From: Mobula hypostoma
Taxonomy: Eukaryota
NCBI RefSeq assembly: GCF_963921235.1
Contig: NC_086097.1
Coordinates: 58,468,001-58,528,000, forward strand
DNA: 60,000 bases
Direction of reading: 5' to 3'
The notes below the pieces were generated by a model. That model was not told the origin of the DNA and searched no databases. It saw only the letters and a list, made by a program, of their open reading frames with translations. This document shows, piece by piece, positions 40,377 through 53,708 of this stretch (positions are counted from its first letter, which is position 1; every line of letters starts with the position of its first letter). The translations under genes were made by a program, and so were the position numbers.

Positions 40377-40547
40377 TTTAAGAAAGCTGTAAAGTATTTT
40401 GGAGAAGAAATTGGCAAAATGCAGCCTGATGAATTCTTTGGCATTTTTGATCAATTCCTCCAAGCTTTTGCAGAGGCCAAACAGGAAAATGAGAACATGA
40501 GGAGGAAAAAGGAGGAGGAGGAACGAAGAGCTAAAATGGAAGCACAG
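40377..40547 (+). CDS. DAAM1: DAAM1 exon, end of FH2
   Basis: ccag|TTT...CAG|gtcaga; [57 protein letters not shown]. Confidence 0.96.
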
Positions 40548-40877
40548 GTCAGAGAGCATGAATTTTTTAAAATATGTAGAAAACCCAAATGTGCGTGCTA
40601 TCGTACATAATGTAATGATAACAGGTTTCATGGAAATTAATATTTGAAAGGTAGTGGAAGGAATGGTTGATTATGTAAAGTTCCATGTAGAAACCTTTTT
40701 GAAACTGAATTGATCTGGATATTTTCTCAGGGCCAGCCTATATTCATTTTATGCCCTTGGATTGCATTAATGACATTAACACAGTAGACATCAATCTTCT
40801 GTAAAATAGTGCATTCAGAAACAGTAAGGTTTGGATGTAATAGATACTTAAAGCTGAATGTGACTTTGTAGATATTT

Positions 40878-40986
40878 ACTCTGATGAACGATCTCAACCT
40901 GAAACATAGACTGTTTATTCATTTCCATAGATGCTGTCTGACCTGCTGAGTTCCTCCAGCATTTTGTGTTCATTGTTCTGGATTTC
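40878..40986 (+). mobile_element. Penelope-derived short repeat, split by L1 (continues 49690-49720)
   Basis: CTGATGA...GAAACATAGACTG...CCTGCTGAGTTCCTCCAGCATTTTGTG; remainder CAGCTCCTGCAGA follows the L1. Confidence 0.75.
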
Positions 40987-41274
40987 TTTTCAAATCTTTT
41001 TATTGTATATATAGGAAAAGTAACATGAGTACATCGAAGTAACAACACTTACAATGCCTCAAAAAAAACCATCATCTTAAAGATTGAAAACAAAATTTTG
41101 TGATAACAAAAAAAACCTACTAAGCAGAAAAGTGAGAAAAAAAAGAGAACCCATTAGGTGTACAACCCCGGAGTCATGCGTCATACAAAAAGCTTCTAAA
41201 AATAAACATCAAACCGCCAGCAAGAAAAGAAAATATACTAAAAAAATTTACATTTAGATCGTGGAACAATTATA

Positions 41275-44200
41275 TCAATAACACAAATGATAATAACGAG
41301 CAAATGAGCCCCATCTTTTCTCAAACTCAAATAAAGGTTCAAAGGTTTGACTTCTAATTTTCTCCAAACTAAGACATAGCATCACTTGAGAGAACCATTG
41401 TGACAAAGTGGGAGCTGATGTATCCTTCCACTTCAACAAAATGGCCCTTCTAGCTATCAATGTAACTAATGTAATAACATGTTGGTCAGACACAGAAATA
41501 CCATGAATATTTTGAGGAACTATTCCAAAAAGCACAGTTAATTTATTAGGTTGTAAATTAATTTTAAGTGCTTTAGAAATTGTTGAGAAAACCGACTTCC
41601 AGAACTGTTCCAATATAGAACAAGACCAAAACATATGTGTCAGTGTAGCTATCTCAGTTTTACATCTATCACAATGACTATCAACATTAGGAAAGATTTT
41701 AGAAAGTCTCTCCTTTGTCAAATGATAACGATGTACAATTTAAAATTGAATCAATGAATGGCTAGCACAAATTGAAGAAGAGTTAACCAACTTCAATATC
41801 TGCATCCAGTCCTCCGTCATAAAAGTCAAATTAAGTTCCTTTTCCCAGTCCTGTTTAATCTTCAACAAAGGACGCTTATCCCATTGTAATAGTAAATTAT
41901 AAATTCTTCCAATAGAACCCTTAATCAAAGGATTCATACTCATAATAGTATCTAACAGGTCAGCCTCCAACATGTAAGGGAAATTACTTAAATATTTTTG
42001 TAAAAAATATCTAACTTAAAGGTATTGCAGAAAGTGTGAGTATGAAAGAGAATATTTATGAATTAATTGTTCAAAGGACATCAATCTATCTTCTTTAAAT
42101 AAATCCAAAAAAGAATTAATACCTTTAATTTTCCAAAGTGGAAAAATTGGATCACTCAAAGAAGGCTTAAAAAAGTAATTTCGGTAATTAAACTACAAAG
42201 TTTAAATTTTTTAAGATTAAAAAAATTACGGAACTGGAGCCAAATTTGTAAAGAATACTTAATCACAGGATATAGGTTTAAATTAACAACCTTACCTAAT
42301 TGCATAGGTAAAGGAGCCCCCAATAACGAGGTTAATTAAAACTGTTTTACAACTTTTAGTTCCAGGTCTACCCAAATTGGCCGATCACCCTTATCAACCC
42401 AGTATAACCAAAAAGACATATATCGCAGATTAACAGCCCAATAATACATTCTAAAATTAAGCAAAGCAAGACCTCCATCCTTTTTCAATTTTTGTAAATG
42501 ACATTTACTAATTCTTGGTCTTTTATTATTCCAAATAAAAGATAAAATAATAGAATCAATCCAATCAAAAAACTTCCTAGTCAAGAAAAACAGGAATATA
42601 CTGAAATAAATATAAAAATTTCAGTAGAATCATCATTTTAACTATATGAATACGACCAACAAGTGAAAATGTAAGTGGACTCCATCTACTAAATAAATAC
42701 TTCATAGACTCTACTAAGGGAACAAAATTAGCTTTATAAAGATCCTTATATTTTTTAGTAATTACAATACCTAAATATCTAAAAGAGTCTGAAACTTTAA
42801 AAGGAGTATTATCATATATAGAAACAGAATCATTTAAAGGAAACAATACACTTTTACTAAAATTAATTTTATATCCTGAAAAACCTCCGAATTTATTAAA
42901 TAATTTTAGCAGGGCAGGAATGGATTCATCAGGGTTAGATATATAAACCAATAAATCATCAGCATAAAAAGAGACCTTATGCATGGTCTCATTCACAAAG
43001 ATCCCATGGATATTTTTAGCCTCATGAAGAGCAATAGCAAGGGGTTCTAATATTAAATTAAACAACAAAGGACTTAATGGACAGCCTTGCCTTGTCCCCT
43101 GTGAAAGCTGAAAAAAAGGAGACCTACAATTGTTAGTAACAACAGTAGCAATAGGGGCTTTATATATCATTTTAATCCAATTATTAAAATTAACACCAAA
43201 GCCAAATTTCTCTAAAACATTGAATAAATATTTCCATTCGACTCGGTCGAACGCGTTTTCAGCATCCAAAGCTACAACACATTGTGGAATTTTAGAAGAG
43301 AATGAATATATAATGTTAAGTAGTCTCCGAACATTTGAAAAGGAATAGCGACCCTTTATAAAGCCTGTTTGATCTTTACAAATAATTTTACCCAAAATAT
43401 TCTCCAACTGATTGGCCATTATCTTTGACAAAATCTTAGCGTCAACATTCAGTAATGAAATAGGTCTATATGAAGCACAGTCAGTAGGATCTTTATCTTT
43501 TTTAAGAATTAAAGAAATAGATGCCTCATAAAAAGTAGAGGGTAAGTCACCTTTCACAAAAGAATCCTTAAACATATCCAACATATACGGAAAGAGCAAC
43601 TTTCCAAATTTTTAATAAAATTCTACAGGATAGCCATCAAGTTCTGGGGACTTACCAGATTGCATTGAACAAATAGCTTTATGAATTTCGGCTTCAGTAA
43701 TTTGAGCCTCAAGAATCTTTTAATCCTCAGCCGAAATTTTAGGAAAAACAATCTTTGGTTAAAAAAAAAAGCATTCATTTTAGAGGAATTTACGGACATT
43801 GAGATTTATATAGCTCAGCATAAAAGTCTTGAAAGATCCTATTAATTTCCTCATATTCCTGAGCTAAGATACCATCTTTCCTACGAATTTTCATGATTTG
43901 CCTTTTGGCTGCAGCCATTTTGAATTGAGATGCAAGCAGTTTATTTTTATCTCCAGACATATAAAATTGGCTCTTCAACTTAAGCAAATAACCTTCAATG
44001 GGATGAGTTAATAACAGGTTATATTGTGATTGTGATTGAAGTTCCACCCTTTGTTTAAAAAAATCAGTATTGGGGGAAATTGCATAAATATTATCTAAAT
44101 CTTTAATTTGTTTTGAAATTCTATCTAATTCTGCTTTCGTTTGTTTTTTAAGTTTAGCTGAATAAGAAATAATCTGACCGCGTAAAAATGCTTTAAATGT

Positions 44201-45063
44201 ATCCCATATAACTAATTTAGACATACCCCCCATATCATTAAAAAGAAAAAAATCTTTTATCTGGGTTTCAATGAAAGTGATAAAGTCAGAGTTTTGCAAT
44301 AATGTCTGAGACATTCGCCAAGGTGGGCGGCCAAGAGTGACATCATCAAATTCAAAAGACAAACTCAGAGGCGCACGATCAGATATAGCAATAGCGTCAT
44401 AGTCGCAGGTTTTAACACTAGGCAAGAAGCAGGGATGGATTATAATATAATCGATCCTTGAATATTTTTTATAAACGTGTGAGAAGAAAGAATATTCTCT
44501 ATTGTCGGGATGAAAATACCTCCACAAATCAATCAACCTAAAATCAATCAAAAAGGAATTAATAAATGACGTGGATCGATTTGGAAGTCACTGATTGGTT
44601 GAGCTCTTATCAATCATAGGATTTAAACAACAATTAAAATCCCCATCCATTATGAGCATATATTCATTTAAGTCAGGCAGTAAAGCAAATACCTTTTTAA
44701 AAAAAAAGGATCATCTAAGTTAGGACCATACAAATTAACCAAAGCAACTTTTCTGTTACAGATTGTTTCTTTAACAATTAAAAATCTGCCATTAGAATCT
44801 GATTCAATATCCTCTTGAATAAATATATTAGGTTTAATGAAAATAGACACGCCTTTTGTTTTACTCTGAGAAGTAGAGTGGAATTGCAAACCATTCCACC
44901 ATCTAAAAAAGCTGTTTTGATCTCCCGCCCTGATATGTATCTCTTGAGCAAAAGTTATATCAGGTTGGAATCGGTTAATAATTTTAAAAGTCTTCTTTCG
45001 TTTAATTGGATGATTCCAACCACGTACATTCCAACTTACTATATTAATCCTCTTGAACAACAT
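41275..45063 (-). pseudogene. L1 ORF2 (APE endonuclease, RT, CCHC), frameshifted
   Basis: SWNVRG, YSRIDY, ISD; YRPISLLNVDAKIL, DAENAFDRVEW, GTRQGCPLSPLLF, YADD; CDRC...HMFWSC. Confidence 0.92.
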
Positions 45064-46222
45064 ACTATAATTTCATTCTACTTTATACATGCACAAAGCA
45101 CATACCAATGCAGGATGATCAAAGATGGCGGTGATGAAGAATACAACCAAATGAAAAACACGCATGCTCCAGAACCACCCAATGGGAAAAAACTAACTCT
45201 AAACCCACCCACCCACACCCAGAAACACAAAAAAGGCAAGCGATCTACCCTCCCCCCAGTTCGTAAAAAAGTAGAGTGACCTTGTGAAAAAAACAATAAA
45301 GTCTCAGGAGAAAAAGGTATTTACATTCCATCGACTGATAAACAAGAAAAAAACAAAATAATGTTATCTCTTAGAGAGAAAAACCAGCGCCATTTTTAAG
45401 TTTAATATTAATTCCCTAAAAAAGCTTTAAATTCAATTATAAAATGCTATAATAGAACAGAAAAATATATGAAAAGCACTAGTAGTAGGAAAAACTACCA
45501 ATTAGCTATGAAGTATTAAATTAAAGGAGCAAATCACCTTATCTTCTTCCCTCAGTCATAAAATGTCCAGAGATCATTTGAGCAGTGATACTTAAACCAT
45601 AAATTTTTCCACAACTCCCCGTGTTCTTTAATTAGTCTCTCGATTAAATATACAAGTGACCTTCATAAATCTTCTTTCCAAAATACGAATAATATACAAA
45701 TAGCCAAACAGCCTTTCAGATGGATCATTCAACAGCGGTGTCAGTGACAGCGGTAGGCAAAGCCTGAACAAAATCCAGTGCAGCTTTTGGATCAAAAAAA
45801 GTACGAGGAGGAGAATTAGGAGGGAAAATTCTAAGTCTTGTCGGATACCTCAAAGACGGGAAAAAATTCTTATCATATGCTTGTTTCATTACCAGGGCAA
45901 ATTTTGATCTTTGTTCCATTATCTCTCTTGGATAATCTTCGTAGAAGCGGAGCTCAGATTCCATAAATCTAAAAACACTCTGTTTTCTTGCCTGTCGTAT
46001 TATTTGATCTTTAATTTTAAAGCGATGAAAGCAAACCAGAACAGATCTTGGTTTACTAGAATCCTTCAATTTCTAGATAAACGCCCTGTGTGCCCTTTCT
46101 ATAGCAGGCGGCTTTGATAGAATGGTAGGAAATAAAGTGTGGAAAAGCTTACCAAAGTAAGCTACATACATCAAAGTTGCTGGTGAACGCAGCAGGCCAA
46201 GCAGCATCTATAGGAAGAGGTG

Positions 46223-46260
46223 CAGTCGACGTTTCAGGCCGAGACCCTTCGTCAGGACTA
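46223..46260 (-). ncRNA. Minimal type I hammerhead ribozyme motif
   Basis: Minus strand UAGUC CUGACGA AGGGUCUCGGCCU GAAAC GUC GACUG: stem I UAGUC/GACUG, conserved core boxes, GUC cleavage triplet. Confidence 0.7.
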
Positions 46261-48790
46261 ACTGAAGGAAGAGTGAGTAAGGGATTTGAAAGCTGGAGGG
46301 GGAGGGGGAGATGCAAAATGATAGGAGAAGACAGGAGGGGGAGGGATAGAGCCGAGAGCTGGACAGGTGATAGGCAAAAGGGGATACGAGAGGATCATGG
46401 GACAGGAGGTCCGGGAAGAAAGACAAGGAGGGGGGGTGACCCAGAGGATGGGCAAGAGGTATATTCAGAGTGACAGAGGGAGAAAAAGGAGAGTGAGAGA
46501 AAGAATGTGTGCATAAAAATGAGTAACAGATGGGGTACGAGGGGGAGGTGGGGCCTTAGCGGAAGTTAGAGAAGTCGATGTTCATGCCATCAGGTTGGAG
46601 GCTACCCAGACGGAATATAAGGTGTTGTTCCTCCAACCTGAGTGTGGCTTCATCTTTACAGTAGAGGAGGCCGTGGATAGACATGTCAGAATGGGAATGG
46701 GATGTGGAATTAAAATGTGTGGCCACTGGGAGATCCTGCTTTCTCTGGCAGACAGAGCGTAGATGTTCAGCAAAGCGGTCTTCCAGTCTGCGTCGGGTCT
46801 CACCAATATATAAAAGGCCACATCGGGAGCACCGGACGCAGTATATCACCCCAGTCGACTCACAGGTGAAGTGTGCCTCACCTGGAAGGACTGTTTGGGG
46901 CCCTGAATGGTGGTAAGGGAGGAAGTGTAAGGGCATGTGTAGCACTTGTTCCGCTTACACGGATAAGTGCCAGGAGGGAGATCAGTGGGGAGAGATGGGG
47001 GGGACGAATGGACAAGGGAGTTGTGTAGGGAGCGATCCCTGCGGAATGCAGAGGTGGGGGGAGGGAAAGATGTGCTTAGTGGTGGGATCCCGTTGGAGGT
47101 GGCGGAAGTTACGGAGAATAATATGTTGGACCCGGAGGCTGGTGGGGTGGTAGGTGAGGACCAGGGGAACCCTATTCCTAGTGGGGTGGTGGGAGGATGG
47201 AGTGAGAGCAGATGTACGTGAAATGGGGGAGATGCGTTTAAGAGCAGAGTTGATAGTGGAAGAAGGGAAGCCCCTTTCTTTAAAAAAGGAAGACATCTTC
47301 CTCGTCCTAGAATGAAAAGCCTCATCCTGAGAACAGATGCGGCGGAGACGGAGGAATTGCGAGAAGGGGATGGCGTTTTTGCAAGAGACAGGGTGAGAAG
47401 AGGAATAGTCCAGATAGCTGTGAGAGTCAGTAGGCTTATAGTAGACATCAGTGGATAAGCTGTCTCTAGAAAGATCTAGAAAGGGGAGGGAGGTGTCGGA
47501 AATGGACCAGGTAAACTTGAGGGCAGGGTGAAAGTTGGAGGCAAAGTTAATAAAGTCAACGAGTTCTGCATGCGTGCAGGAAGCAGCGCCAATGCAGTCG
47601 TCGATGTAGCGAAGGAAAAGTGGGGGACAGATACCAGAATAGGCACGGAACATAGATTGTTCCACAAACCCAACAAAGAGGCAGGCATAGCTAGGACCCA
47701 TACGGGTGCCCATAGCTACACCTTTAGTTTGGAGGAAATGGGAGGAGCCAAAGGAGAAATTATTAAGAGTAAGGACTAATTCCGCTAGACGGAGCAGAGT
47801 GGTGGTAGAGGGGAACTGATTAGGTCTGGAATCCAAAAAGAAGCGTAGAGCTTTGAGACCTTCCTGATGGGGGATGGAAGTATATAAGGACTGGACATCC
47901 ATGGTGAAAATAAAGCGGTGGGGGCCAGGGAACTTAAAATCATCGAAAAGTTTAAGAGCGTGAGAAGTGTCACGAACATAGGTCGGAAGGGATTGAACAA
48001 AGGGTGATAAAACAGTGTCGAGGTATGCAGAAATGAGTTCGGTGGGGCAGGAGCAAGCTGAGACAACAGGTCGGCCAGGACTGGCAGGTTTGTGGATCTT
48101 GGGTAGGAGGTAGAAACGGGAAGTGCGGGGTGTGGGAACTATAAGGTTGGTAGCAGTGGATGGGAGATCCCCTGAGCGGATAAAGTCGGTGATGGTGTGG
48201 GAGACAATGGCCTGGTGCTCCTTAGTGGGGTCACGATCGAGGGGTAAATAGGAGGTATCCACGAGTTGTCGCTGCGCCTCGGCAAGGTAGAGGTCAGTAT
48301 GCCAGACTACAACAGCACCCCCCTTATCAGCGGGTTTAATATTAAGGTTAGGATTAGTGCGGAGGGAGTGGAGAGCAGAGTGTTCTGAAGGAGTGAGGTT
48401 GGAATGGGGACAAGGTGCGGTGAAGTCGAGACAGTTGATGTCCCGTCGGCAGTTAGCAATAAAGAGATCCAGAGCAGGCAGAAGACCAGAGCGGTGTGTC
48501 CATGAAGAAGAGGAGGGTTGAAGACGGGAGAAGGGGTCATCGGTGGGGGTGGAAGAGTCCTTGCCGAAGAAGTAGGCTCGGAGACGGAGACGGTGGAAGA
48601 AAAGTTCCGCTTCATGGCGAACACGGAACTCGCTGAGGTGTGGGCGAAGGGGGACAAAGGTGAGGCCCTTACTGAGAACAGAGCGTTCTGCCTCTGACAG
48701 TTGAAGGTCGGAGGGGATGGTAAAGACCCGGCACGGATGAGAGCTGGAATCAGAGGGGGGAAGCGGGGAGGCTGGTGGTGTAAGTGGGGA

Positions 48791-49153
48791 GGGGAGGGTT
48801 GGGGTGAGAGGAAGATGGAGCCTCTGAGGGCCCAGGAGTTGACGGTAGGATCTGAGGAAGACGGGGATGCGGAGTGGTGGTGGGGGAAGGGGAGACGGGA
48901 GTCACAACAGCAGCACATAAAGACTCGGCCTGGAGTTCAAGGCTGGAATCTTGAGAGCTGGGATCAGGGGCGGGAGGGGGGAGGCTGGGGGTGTCAGTGC
49001 AGAGGGGAGGGTTGGGGTGAGAGGATGATGGAGCCTCTGAGGGCCCAGGAGTTGACGGTGGGATCTGAGGAAGACGGGGCTGCCGAGTGGTGGTGGGGGA
49101 AGGGGAGACGGGAGTCACAATAGCAGCACATAAAGACCCGGCCTGGAGTTCAA
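48791..49153. repeat. 213-bp period tandem duplication in Penelope 5' coding region
   Basis: GGGGAGGGTTGGGGTGAGAGGA...CTGGAGTTCAAG occurs from 48791 and from 49004. Confidence 0.85.
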
Positions 49154-50227
49154 GAAAAGTAAGCTGTTAGATCTCCATCTTCAGCTCCTTCCTGCAGCCC
49201 AACAATTCTTATATTCCTTCGTCAAGACCTAGTTTCCAGGTCTATAATCTTATTTTGATACCTTTCCAAACAAGTTGTAGCTTCAGACAGCTTTTACTTA
49301 GTTATCTTCAATTCCTCTTTGTGTGAAATAACCTGAGTTTCCAGGTCTTTGAGTTTTCCCAGAAATGACTTCATTTCATTACTATTCTTTTCCACTTGGT
49401 CTTTAATTGATCCATTCTGATCCTTAATTGAATTCAGTATCCGAACGATATCTTCAGCCCACGATGGCATTTCATCAGATCTTTCCTTTTGCACCTTTCC
49501 TTTCCCGTTACCTTTATCACTAGATTCAGGTAAATTCTTTCCACTTCTTGTAGACATAGACATATTGATCACCCTCAAGAATCAACAAGTAAAAATTCTA
49601 AATTTAAAGCTTAAACTAGGGGGAAAGAAAGAAAACTAAGAGCAGCAGAAAAATACTGCTACTCCATTGGCAGACAGGGGCGGTCCTCTATTGCTCTGGA
49701 TTTCCAGCTCCTGCAGAATTTTTAATGCATAGCTTCTCTCTACATGTTTATTCTTGGTCCCTTTCACAACAGCGCTCTGGGAGAGCGGCACAATGCATTT
49801 AGTGCCATGACAGCAAATGTGTGCTCACCGATTTACTTATTTCTTCCATTTGTAAAATACTCATTAGTAATTTAATAGAGTAATATCATAATTCATGGGA
49901 TCATCTTAGATTGATAATGTCATTGTTGTGGTCAGTTTAGGTAGAAGGGCCTATTTCCAAGCTTTATGACTGCCCAGGTCATGCATTAAAAAATGCATAA
50001 GTAATACTTACAATAAAAGATTCTTAGTAGCAGTGTAATGTTGGGATACTAGCAAACCAGAAATGATTGATTATCATAGTAATATGGGCATTTACAACTT
50101 GGATAAAAGCTCTTCAAGGAATGTTACCCTTTCCACTTGCTGCTACTACCTGAAACTTATAAATAGTGAGTGATAGCTTTGGAGAGTTCAATCTTCAAAA
50201 TCATATCACATTTGCTATGTTTTTAAC

Positions 50228-50972
50228 CAATGGTCCCCAACCATCGGGCCGTGAGGAAACGATATGAGTCAGCTGCACCTTTCCTCATTCCCTGTCACGC
50301 ACTGTTGAACTTGAACATAAGGTTGCCAACTGTCCTGTATTTGCCGGGACATCCCGTATATTGAGCTAAATTGGTTTGTCCCATACAGGACCTCCCTTGT
50401 CCTGTATTTCCTCCACTAAGGTAGAGCGTTCCTATGAAACTTTTCACGCCAAAATGGCATAAAGCGAAGAAGCAATTACCATTAATTTATATGGGAAAAA
50501 TTTTTGAGCGTTCCCAGACCCAAAAAATAATCTACCAAATCATACCAAATAACACATAAAACCTAAAATAACAGTAACATATCGTAAAAGCAGGAATGAT
50601 ATGATAAATACACAGCCTATATAAAATAGAAATAATGTATGTACAGTGTAGTCGGGAAGATTAAGGCAAAACCGATTTTTGGCGATAAAAAATCAGTACG
50701 TACGCGCATGCACACACAGGTGCCTGCGCAAGGCTTCATGGTCATGGTAGTCTTTCTCAGGGTAAATACTGTGCCGTATTTGACTGCTACTTTTGCCCCT
50801 TATTTGGGAGTGAGAAAGTTGGCAACCCTAACTGTAAAAGACACGTTGAGGTGAGTTTAACTCTAGTTGAACACTACTCCCCACCCCCACCCCCCACACC
50901 CAGTCGGCCGGTCCGCAAGAATATTGTCAACATTAAACCGGTCCGCGGTGCAAAAAAGGTTGGGGGCCCCTG
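50228..50972. mobile_element. Composite non-autonomous hAT element
   Basis: TIRs CAATGGTCCCCAACC / GGTTGGGGGCCCCTG; 8-bp TSD TTTTTAAC (50220-50227, 50973-50980); internal inverted pair GGTTGCCAACT / AGTTGGCAACC. Confidence 0.82.
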
Positions 50973-51109
50973 TTTTTAACAAACTGTTGTCTTAAAATTA
51001 AACATTATTCAAACTATTGCAATATGTGAGTTTATAGTTTGAGGATCATTTACAAATAGTAAATAATTAATTCATTTGTATTCTTCACATCTATTCATAT
51101 TTTGACATG

Positions 51110-51639
51110 TTGTGCTGGGCACCTCAGCTCCATCTGCAAAAAGCCGAGTTTCCCAATGCCAACTATTTCAGTTCCTATCCCCCATTCCAGTTCTGGCATG
51201 TTGTTCCAAGGCCACCTCTTCTGCCACAATGAGGCCACTTTTAGGGTGGAGAAGCAACACTTCATATTGTGTCTAGGTAGCCTCCAACCTGATGGCTTGA
51301 ACATTGATTTCTCCAACTTCCAATAACTTTTCCCCTCCCCCTTCTCTCTCCTTCATTTCCCTACTCTAGCCTCTTACCTCTTCACACCTACCGATCACTT
51401 CCTCCTGCTGCCCCATCTCCTTCCTTTTCTCCCATGATCCGCTTTCCTCTCCTTTAGATTCCTTCTTTTCTACCCCTTTACCTTTTCCACTTATCACCTC
51501 TGCACCACCCACCTGGTTTCACCCATCACCTTCCAGCTTGTTCTTTTTTCCCTTCTCCCACCTTCTTATCCTGCATCATCCCATTTCCTTTCCAGTCCTG
51601 AAGAAGGATCACGGCCCAAAACGTCGACTGCCGCCTGAC
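51110..51639 (+). mobile_element. Penelope 3' fragment, terminus split by CR1 (continues 53709-53775)
   Basis: EATFRVEKQHFILCLGSLQPDGLNIDFSNF; degenerate hammerhead at 51593-51630. Confidence 0.8.
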
Positions 51640-53708
51640 ATAGAAACATAGAAAATAGGTGCAGGAGTAGGCCATTCGGCCCTTCGAGCCTGCACCATTT
51701 ATTATGATCATGGCTGATCATTCAACTCAGAACCCTGTACCTGCCTTCTCTCCATACCCCTTGATCCCCGTAGCCACAACGGCCATATCTAACTCCCTCT
51801 TAAATATAGCCAATGAACTGGCCTCAACTGTTTCCTGTGGCAGAGAATTCCACAGATTCACCACTCTCTGTGTGAAGAAGTTTTTCCTAATCTCGGTCCT
51901 AAAAGGCTTCCCCTTTATCCTCAAACTGTGACCCCTCGTTCTGGACTTCCCCAACATCGGGAACAATCTTACTGCATCTAGCCTGTCCAATCCCTTTAGG
52001 ATTTTATACGTTTCAATCTGATCCCCCCTCAATCTTCTAAATTCCAACGAGTACAAGCCTAGTTCATCCAGTCTTTCTTCATATGAAAGTCCTGCCATCC
52101 CAGGAATCAATCTGGTGAACCTACTTTATACTCCCTCTATGGCAAGGATGTCTTTCCTCAGATTAGGGGACCAAAACTGCACACAATACTCCAGGTGTGG
52201 TCTCACCAAGGCCTTGTACAACTGCAGTAGTACCTCCCTGCTCCTGTACTCGAATCCTCTCGCTATAAATGCCAGCATACCATTCGCCTTTTTCACCGCC
52301 TGCTGTACCTGCATGCCCACTTTCAATGACTGGTGTATAATGACACCCAGGTCTCGTTGCACCTCCCCTTTTCCTAATCGGCTACCATTCAGATAATAAT
52401 CCGTTTTCCTATTTTTGCCACCAAAGTGGATAACTTCACATTTATCCACATTAAATTGAATCTGCCATGAATTTGCCCACTCACCCAACCTATCCAAGTC
52501 ACCCTGCATCCTCTTAGCATCCTCCTCACAGCTAACACTGCCGCCCAGCTTCGTGTCATCCGCAAACTTGGAGATGCTTCATTTAATTCTCTCATCCAAG
52601 TCATTAATATATATTGTAAACAACTGGGGTCCCAGCACTGAGCCTTGCAGTACCCCACTAGTCACTGCCTGCCATTCTGAAAAGGTCCCATTTATTCCCA
52701 CTCTTTGCTTCCTGTCTGCTAACCAATTCTCTATCCACATCAATACCTTACCCCCAATACCGTGTTCTTTAAGTTTGCACACTAATCTCCTGTGTGGGAC
52801 CTTGTCAAAAGCCTTTTGAAAATCCAAATATACCACATTCACTGGTTCTCCCCTATCCACTCTACTAGTTACATCCTCAAAAAATTCAATGAGATTCGTC
52901 AGACATGATTTTCCTTTCACAAATCCATGCTGACTTTGTCCGATGATTTCACTGCTTTCCAAATGTGCTGTTATCACATCTTTGATAACTGACTCCAGCA
53001 GTTTCCCCACCACCGACGTTAGGCTAACTGGTCTATAATTTCCCGGTTTCTCTCTCCCTCCTTTTTTAAAAAGTGGGGTTATATTAGCCACCCTCCAATC
53101 CTCAGGAACTAGTCCAGAATCTAACGAGTTTTGAAAAATTATCACTAATGCATCCACTATTTCTTGGGCTACTTCCTTAAGCACTCTGGGATGCAGACCA
53201 TCTGGCCCTGGGGATTTATCTGCCTTTAATCCCTTCAATTTACCTAACACCACTTCCCTACTAACATGTATTTCACTCAGTTCCTCCATCTCACTGGACC
53301 CTCTGCCCCCTACTATTTCTGGAAGATTATTTATGTCCTCCTTAGTGAAGACAGAACCAAAGTAATTATTCAATTGGTCTGCCATGTCCTTGCTCCCCAT
53401 AATCAATTCACCTGTTTCTGTCTGTAGGGGACCTACATTTGTCTTTACCAGTCTTTTCCTTTTTACATATCTATAAAAGCTTTTACAGTCAGTTTTTATG
53501 TTCCCTGCCAGTTTTCTCTCATAATCTTTTTTCCCCTTCCTAATTAAGCCCTTTGTCCTCCTCTGCTGAACTCTGAATTTCTCCCAGTCCTCAGGTGAGC
53601 CACTTTTTCTGGCTAATTTGTATGCTGCTTCTTTGGAATTGATACTATTCCTAATTTCTCTTGTCAGCCACGGGTGCACTACCTTCCTTGATTTATTCTT
53701 TTGCCAAA
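51640..53708 (-). mobile_element. Young 5'-truncated CR1 LINE
   Basis: One reading frame to 51727 with only two nonsense codons (52579, 52126); KSPGPDGLHPRVL, YRPVSLTS, YLDFQKAFDKVPH, KFADD; TTCTATG tail; CTGAC repeated at both junctions. Confidence 0.93.

Larger units (their letters stand above)
46164..49155 (-). mobile_element. Young, 5'-truncated Penelope-like element (RT + GIY-YIG, Neptune-like linker) inserted in L1 ORF1
   Basis: 10-bp TSD AAAGTAAGCT (46154-46163, 49156-49165); RT FYLLPKIHK, MDVQSLYTSI, GVAMG, RYIDD; CKRNKCYTC linker; VIYCVRCSRCGLLYIGET; a few frameshifts. Confidence 0.93.
40987..49689 (-). mobile_element. Apparently full-length L1-clade LINE (~5.7 kb without the nested Penelope)
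   Basis: 15-bp TSD ATTG(T/C)TCTGGATTTC (40972-40986, 49690-49704); ORF1 ~49563-45725 (coiled coil, PRSVLVCFHRF, LRFYEDYP, SLRYPTRL); ORF2 follows; AATAAA and A-tail at 3' end. Confidence 0.92.
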
